From an uncultured Dehalococcoidales bacterium (lineage in GTDB: Bacteria; Chloroflexota; Dehalococcoidia; E44-bin15): a stretch of 64,000 nt of DNA. This document shows, one piece after another, positions 58,629-64,000 of the stretch. The stretch spans positions 73,238 through 137,237 of the forward strand of contig CAYRYW010000001.1 in NCBI GenBank assembly GCA_964428725.1. Reading direction: 5' to 3'. The notes below the pieces were generated by a model. It was not told the DNA's origin and made no database searches. It worked only from the letters and a program-made list of their open reading frames with translations. Numbering within the stretch: position 1 is the stretch's first letter; each line of letters begins with the position of its first letter. Both the position numbers and the translations under genes were made by a program.

Positions 58629-60335
58629 ATGAAACTAGCGAGGCGCGGGGGCAAGGGTCAACTGCTTATACTGGTGCTGGGCATCATGGCAATAGGGATG
58701 CTGGTTATCGCTCCGCTGCTGGCATACGTAGACCTCAGCCTGCGCCTGAGCCTGAGGTCCCACGGCAAGACCGCCGGATACTATGCCGCCGAGGCCGGAG
58801 TTCATATGGCCATCGGTGACCTGTACGTGGGGCAGGACATCATGGACAAAACGTACACCGGGGAGATGAATAACTATAAGTTCATATCGAATGTCAGCCC
58901 GGCTTATGGCACCGCACCGCAGGATGTCACCGAGGCTTACTTCGACCCGGGCGTATCCATGGCACTGCGCCCCCTGGCATCGGGTGATACTCATGAATAC
59001 TCATTGGTAGCGCTCAAGGGAAAGGCGTTGAAGATAAGCTGGGCGGCATACACCAACAAGGACGCTACCAATAAATCCGCCTGGGATTTCAATTCCGGCA
59101 CCACCGAGGACCTCAATACGCTTATAGAGCTGTTCGACAGCGACGGAAACCCCGTGGCATCCAAGAGGGCCAGCACGGACGAGCGCCATGCCAGCGATCA
59201 GGCGCGGCTCATAGCCAACACCCTGTACGTGCCGGGAGAAGATATCGAAGGCGGCACATATACTGTGAGATTCACCAACGAGGCTACAAGGGCAGGCAAT
59301 CCCGCATACAGCTGCTCGCAGCACTTCTCCCGTGACGCCGATGAGTTGTTCGTTTTCAACGGTACCATCAAGAACACCTTTACCGGCGGCGCGTGGCACA
59401 ACTGCAGCGATTTCTTCAGCGCAGGCGGCGAGGTCACCCTCCTTGCCATAAATGAGGACCAGGGCGACGCGACAGGTCAGGTGAACACCTTCTCATTCTT
59501 CTGCGATTTCGTGCAACTGAATGTGACCTCCCTGGTGGAAGGGAACACCACCGTCACCACATACAACTACTCGCAGGCGGAGTCCGGCATGGGCGGCAAC
59601 CGGAGCTATACCGGCGCGCTGAACGTGAGCAGCGGCGGTACTCTGGGACAGCCCGGCAATGCGATCTATCACAGCCCGTCGTGGTACGGTGGCGAATACT
59701 TCGGCGATGATGAGGACAGGTATGCCACTAATGTAAAGGACAGGATCCCATTCGTTACCGGATTCACCCACCCCAGCGCCAATTTCTCTGAAATGACCAA
59801 CGACCAGTATTTGAACATTTCAGCAGCGGACGGCGCGCGCGTCATGGCTACAGACCCCCGTCCGGTGAACAAGAAGAACGCTTGTACGTGGCACGTGTTC
59901 ACCATAGATGAGAACCCCAGCGATGTTATTCAGTTAGACATCCACTGGGAAGGCTACCAGACCAGGGCGGCGCCGGCGTTTCTGTGGTATGGCACCGTTG
60001 AGATTCAAGACGATGACGACCTGTATCTGCTCATGTGGAATTACGCCGAGGACGCGAATAGCGACGGACTGGACGGCAAGTATCACATACTGGATAAAAA
60101 GCAGGCGAACGCCGGGTTCACCTGGATCAAGATTGCGCAGGGCGGATACGCGGATTACCTGATCACGTCAACATCATATAAGGATGAGAATGACAACGAT
60201 GCGATAGACGAGGGCGAGGAAGTGGTGATGGTTACCTGTTACCTGATACAGGTGCCCGGACCTTCTATCTGGTGGGAAGAGCAGTATATCGACATAGTAT
60301 CATGGAACGTGCATCTGTATCCCGGAAGGCAATAA
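58629..60335 (+). CDS. PilX/GspK-like minor pilin with inserted domains
   Basis: RRGGKG|QLLILVL with no Glu5, followed by GYYAAEAG, typical of PilX-like proteins. Confidence 0.75.
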   Translation: MKLARRGGKGQLLILVLGIMAIGMLVIAPLLAYVDLSLRLSLRSHGKTAGYYAAEAGVHMAIGDLYVGQDIMDKTYTGEMNNYKFISNVSPAYGTAPQDVTEAYFDPGVSMALRPLASGDTHEYSLVALKGKALKISWAAYTNKDATNKSAWDFNSGTTEDLNTLIELFDSDGNPVASKRASTDERHASDQARLIANTLYVPGEDIEGGTYTVRFTNEATRAGNPAYSCSQHFSRDADELFVFNGTIKNTFTGGAWHNCSDFFSAGGEVTLLAINEDQGDATGQVNTFSFFCDFVQLNVTSLVEGNTTVTTYNYSQAESGMGGNRSYTGALNVSSGGTLGQPGNAIYHSPSWYGGEYFGDDEDRYATNVKDRIPFVTGFTHPSANFSEMTNDQYLNISAADGARVMATDPRPVNKKNACTWHVFTIDENPSDVIQLDIHWEGYQTRAAPAFLWYGTVEIQDDDDLYLLMWNYAEDANSDGLDGKYHILDKKQANAGFTWIKIAQGGYADYLITSTSYKDENDNDAIDEGEEVVMVTCYLIQVPGPSIWWEEQYIDIVSWNVHLYPGRQ

Positions 60336-60350
60336 AACCATCTCAACCTA

Positions 60351-60379
60351 TTGACATTTATCGCCATTCATAGTAAAGT
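60351..60379 (+). promoter_or_regulatory. Sigma70-type promoter upstream of the pilN/O/M-like genes
   Basis: TTGACA (60351-60356), 17 bp spacer, TAAAGT (60374-60379). Confidence 0.5.
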
Positions 60380-60416
60380 CTACTAACGCTTTAAACGGAC
60401 ACGAAAGAGGTCCTTC

Positions 60417-61022
60417 ATGACAATGCAGCCGGCGCCGGAACGGCGTCCTAAGAAGATAGATCTAAATCTACTGCCGCCAGAGTATCTCCCCAAAAAGGCG
60501 TCTCGTTTAACTATCGGTTTGATCGTTGCTGCCATCATCCTTGCCTGCGTGCCGTGGCCTTTCCTGGTCATGCAGATGGGCGTCAAAAACGACAACAGCG
60601 TGCTCGATACGCAGCTGAAAGCCCTGAAACAACAGCTCGCTGTGATAAACAACGAGATAAACCAGTGCAATGCTGTACAGGCTGATATCGATGCGTGCGA
60701 GGAGCAATATGGCAGCATGTGGGATGACCTCGAGACGGTACAGGATATGGTATACGTCTGGTCCCAGATAATGGCGGATGTGCAGGAGGTGCCCAGGGGT
60801 GCTGGCGGCTCGCTGGGGGATATAAGGCAGACCGGCGATACCATCACTGTTAAAGGGGAGTTCGCCAGAGAGAAGTATGTTTATGAATATTCCATCATGC
60901 TTTCCGAGACAGGGCATTTCTCCTCGGTCACCATAAAGTCGATGTCACTCCAGGAAGGTGAATCCGGCAATGTTTACAATTTCGACATTGAGGCGAAGCT
61001 GAAAGAGGGTGGCAGCCAGTGA
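60417..61022 (+). CDS. PilN-like alignment protein
   Basis: IDLNLLPPEY, single TM segment, coiled coil, ferredoxin-like C-terminal domain. Confidence 0.75.
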   Translation: MTMQPAPERRPKKIDLNLLPPEYLPKKASRLTIGLIVAAIILACVPWPFLVMQMGVKNDNSVLDTQLKALKQQLAVINNEINQCNAVQADIDACEEQYGSMWDDLETVQDMVYVWSQIMADVQEVPRGAGGSLGDIRQTGDTITVKGEFAREKYVYEYSIMLSETGHFSSVTIKSMSLQEGESGNVYNFDIEAKLKEGGSQ

Positions 61023-61567
61023 AGAAATTTGAGCGCATTCAGCTTATACTGTCGGGGGTTTGCCTGCTGCTTCTGGGGCTGGCCATCTTCTTTGCTGTGG
61101 GTCTGTTGCAGGAGAAAGGCCGGACATCCAAGCTGGAGAAGGACATTGCCACTACAGAGAACCAGATCGATAATATCGAGGGCACATGCGTACTTATCGA
61201 GAAGCAGCTCCAGCTCGAGGAATGTCAGAATAAGCTGCAAACGGAGTCCCCGTTCCCTGCAGACGTCATCGATAATAAAGAGGTTACCAATGCCGTAATA
61301 GCCGTGGTGAGTGATGCCCGCCTGAATATGGACCGGCTGGATTACCGGGGGACATCGTCATACCAAATAGGGGACACGCAATATACAAAGGCGACATACG
61401 CCTTGCAGTGCAGCAGCCAGATAGGTAAGGAGAGCAGGTTCCTGACCTTGCTGGAGCTTTTCGAGGAGATGAGGGAAGAGAAATATCCTACGCTCTTAGT
61501 CGATAATATAAATCTGCCCGACGGGGATCCGAGGATTACGCTGGATATTATCATTATTACCCAGTAG
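61019..61567 (+). CDS. PilO-like alignment protein
   Basis: N-terminal TM segment plus coiled coil; positioned between pilN-like and pilM-like genes. Confidence 0.6.
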   Translation: MKKFERIQLILSGVCLLLLGLAIFFAVGLLQEKGRTSKLEKDIATTENQIDNIEGTCVLIEKQLQLEECQNKLQTESPFPADVIDNKEVTNAVIAVVSDARLNMDRLDYRGTSSYQIGDTQYTKATYALQCSSQIGKESRFLTLLELFEEMREEKYPTLLVDNINLPDGDPRITLDIIIITQ

Positions 61568-61593
61568 TGCATGCATTTGTGTTCTAGTCAGGA

Positions 61594-62718
61594 GTGATGG
61601 CGATGGCGGAAGACAGAGAGCTAACCAGGGCGGAGAAGCGGGCCGCAGCGCGCGCGGAGAAGGCACGGGCACAGGAGGAAGCCAGGGCTAAGAAAGAGGA
61701 GGAGAAAAGAGCCAGAGAGGAAGCGCGCAAGGCCCGGGCGGAAGAGCGCAAGGCTAAGAAGGGTGAGGAGAAGCCCGGGGAGGCTGAGAAAGCGGATACC
61801 GCTAAAAAGGAAAAGAAAGCCAAGCCCCCCAAAGCTGGTAAGGGGGAGAAGCGCATCGTGACCATGAGCATAGAGGGCAACGACCTGCGGTTGCTGTATT
61901 TCTCCGGCAAGGAAATTGAATCCTGGGACAGCGTGGCCTTCGCCCCCAATCTGTTGAAGGTCGGGCAGGTGTCCGAGCCTGAGGGGCTGTCGGCGGTGAT
62001 AAAGAGTGCGCTTGAGGGCAGGGATATAACCCGCGCCCAGTTCCTGTGTTCCCTGCCGGGGCTCAGGTCCGTATCCCGGGTGTTGACCATACCCAGGACC
62101 GGTAAAAAAGAGATGGCGGATGTGGTTCAGCGCGAGGTAAACAAGCTGATGACCGTTTCTATGGAAGATAACTATCTTCACTGGCAACCCCTGACCGCTG
62201 AGAAGTCGGAGCAGATGGAGGTCTTTGTCCTGGCAGTTCCCAAGGAGCCCTTCGATATATTCATGGAAGCCCTCCGCATGGCCGAAATCAAGCCTGCGGC
62301 AATAGATTTGAAACCGCTTGCCCTGGCGCGGGCGGTGAATCAGAGGGATGCCATAATAGCCAGCGGCGAGAGTAACAGCATGGAGCTCGTTATAATTGTC
62401 GATGATACGCCGGTGCTGATACGCAGCGTGTTCCTCGGGGAGGGGATCGTGACGCAGGACTACGCCGTGGGCCGCATCAGCGACGAGCTGGGACGTACCA
62501 TACTGACCTATAACGAGATCAACAAGGATAAGCCTCTGGATCCGGAGGTTCCCATTTATCTCTGCGGTGGCTCCGCCGGAGGCGTTCCCTTCGCCCTGAA
62601 CGTGGCGGCGCTTACCGGGCGCACCGTGCAGCCGCTGGAGCCGCCGATACCGTATCCTGACGATTTTCCCGTCGCTGACTTCATGGTCAACATCGGTCTC
62701 CTGCTCAAGGTCTTATGA
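61594..62718 (+). CDS. pilM: PilM-like actin-fold protein with charged N-terminal extension
   Basis: AIDLKPLALAR, IYLCGGSA and terminal VNIGLLLK, typical of PilM. Confidence 0.75.
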   Translation: MMAMAEDRELTRAEKRAAARAEKARAQEEARAKKEEEKRAREEARKARAEERKAKKGEEKPGEAEKADTAKKEKKAKPPKAGKGEKRIVTMSIEGNDLRLLYFSGKEIESWDSVAFAPNLLKVGQVSEPEGLSAVIKSALEGRDITRAQFLCSLPGLRSVSRVLTIPRTGKKEMADVVQREVNKLMTVSMEDNYLHWQPLTAEKSEQMEVFVLAVPKEPFDIFMEALRMAEIKPAAIDLKPLALARAVNQRDAIIASGESNSMELVIIVDDTPVLIRSVFLGEGIVTQDYAVGRISDELGRTILTYNEINKDKPLDPEVPIYLCGGSAGGVPFALNVAALTGRTVQPLEPPIPYPDDFPVADFMVNIGLLLKVL

Positions 62719-63533
62719 CAGATTGCCTTATCATCCTTGGCTTTGCCTTCTTCGGTATGGCGGTTGGCAGTTTCCTCAACGTCTGCATCGATCGCCTGCC
62801 CGCTGGAGAGTCAATCATACGTTTGCCATCGCATTGCGAATCGTGCAAGCGCAGGATACGGTGGCGCGATCTCGTTCCCGTGTTCAGCTACATGTGGCTG
62901 CGCGGACGCTGCCGCCACTGCGGGGAGCGCATCCCCCTGCGCCTGCCGCTGGTGGAGCTGGCGACGGGCGTAATCTTCGGGTTGCTGGCGTGGCACTACG
63001 GCCTCAATCCTCAGCTGATAATGGCACTGGTTTACGTCTGCCTGTTCCTGCTCATCTTCGTCATCGATCTGGAGCAGCAAATGGTGCTCTACGCAGTGGT
63101 GCTCCCGGCGATAGCCCTGGCATTCATTTTCTCCTTTTTCTGGGGAGGGTTCGGCGACTACTGGCCGCAATCGGGAATCGCCAATACCTACCTCGACGGG
63201 CTAGCCTGCGCCTTCTTCGGGGGAGCCGTGGGTTTCGTCTTCATGATAGTTCCGTATATCATCGCGCGAATGCACTACGGAGAAGAGGGCATGGGGCAGG
63301 GCGATATCTACCTTGCCGTCCTTATCGGCATGGCAACCGGCTTTCCTCTGGTCATAATGGCATTGATCATGGGCATCATTGCCGGTGGCATCGCGGCGGT
63401 GGCGTTGATAGCGTTGAAAATCAGGAAGAGGAAGGATCCCATAGCGTTCGGGCCTTTCCTGGCCGCTGCGGCGATGCTGATCCTCGTCTGGGGCGCTCCG
63501 ATAATGGAGTGGTACTCCGGGCTCGTCTATTAA
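62715..63533 (+). CDS. pilD: Prepilin peptidase (A24)
   Basis: GSFLNVCIDRLP, SHCESC...GRCRHC, FVID, MGQGD and AFGPFL motifs. Confidence 0.95.
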   Translation: MTDCLIILGFAFFGMAVGSFLNVCIDRLPAGESIIRLPSHCESCKRRIRWRDLVPVFSYMWLRGRCRHCGERIPLRLPLVELATGVIFGLLAWHYGLNPQLIMALVYVCLFLLIFVIDLEQQMVLYAVVLPAIALAFIFSFFWGGFGDYWPQSGIANTYLDGLACAFFGGAVGFVFMIVPYIIARMHYGEEGMGQGDIYLAVLIGMATGFPLVIMALIMGIIAGGIAAVALIALKIRKRKDPIAFGPFLAAAAMLILVWGAPIMEWYSGLVY

Positions 63534-63553
63534 GCCTCTACTGCGTGTCTCCC

Positions 63554-63699
63554 TTGTCATTGCAATTAGTTGGGGCGGGTTGTAAACCCGCCCTGCGCGT
63601 ATGGGGCGGACGCATGATTTCGTGAGGGATGTCGTATTTCCAGTGTCATTGCGAGGAGTCCGCCTTTGGCGGGCGACGAAGCAATCCCGGTGGTGTGTG
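63554..63699. repeat. REP-like cluster upstream of the GIY-YIG gene
   Basis: Truncated TGTCATTGC (63555-63563); GTTG-tagged GGGCGGGTT/AACCCGCCC hairpin (63569-63593); full TGTCATTGCGAGGAG...CGACGAAGCAATCCC unit (63644-63688). Confidence 0.85.
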
Positions 63700-63703
63700 T
63701 AAT

Positions 63704-63991
63704 ATGAAACGCAACTACTACGTATACATCATGGCAAATAAGGGAAACACCGTTCTATACACAGGTGTCACCAATGATCTGCAAAGGCGGGTATACGAAC
63801 ACGGGGAGAAGCTGGCTGAAGGCTTCACAAAGCGGTACAACGTGTGCAAGCTGGTGTATTATGAGGCCTTCGACGACGCTGATAGCGCCATTTCAAGGGA
63901 GAAGCAGATTAAGAGTGGCTCCAAGCAGAAGAAGAACGAGCTTGTTGAGGGTATGAATGCCTCGTGGGATGATCTGTACGGCGAATTGTAG
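63704..63991 (+). CDS. Small stand-alone GIY-YIG nuclease (95 aa)
   Basis: YYVYIM...LYTGVT, RRVYEH and REKQIK motifs; ATG 63704 lies immediately after the REP unit. Confidence 0.9.
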   Translation: MKRNYYVYIMANKGNTVLYTGVTNDLQRRVYEHGEKLAEGFTKRYNVCKLVYYEAFDDADSAISREKQIKSGSKQKKNELVEGMNASWDDLYGEL

Positions 63992-64000
63992 GGATTATCG

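Overview
Chromosomal 64 kb segment, most likely from a Chloroflexota/Dehalococcoidia-like anaerobe (inferred from gene content and order, not from a database search). Left to right: a truncated Na/Ca antiporter, rlmN and an HDAC-family protein; an AT-richer Fur/thioredoxin/ferredoxin cassette; a pyrrolysine-free MtmB homologue with a corrinoid protein, convergent with a divergent thymidylate-synthase-fold gene; a nitrogen-assimilation cluster (split glutamate synthase interleaved with hisH/hisF, GlnR-like regulator, amtB, P-II, glnA, nadE); two tRNA-Ser genes; a housekeeping run (dprA-topA-xerC-aroQ-M24 peptidase-efp-xseAB); beta-oxidation enzymes, clpP, tig and aspS; and a type IV pilus cluster with very large, domain-inserted pilin-like proteins. 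The strongest candidate for an undescribed system is a family of TGTC/CGTC-tagged palindromic repeats. One copy sits directly upstream of a small GIY-YIG nuclease gene at the right edge. A nuclease-free inverted pair 21 kb away shares 27 identical bp with it, including 11 bp of non-palindromic flank. This resembles an autonomous/non-autonomous REP-type mobile element pair. No CRISPR array, rRNA or IS transposase was seen. Protein calls come from motif recognition only.
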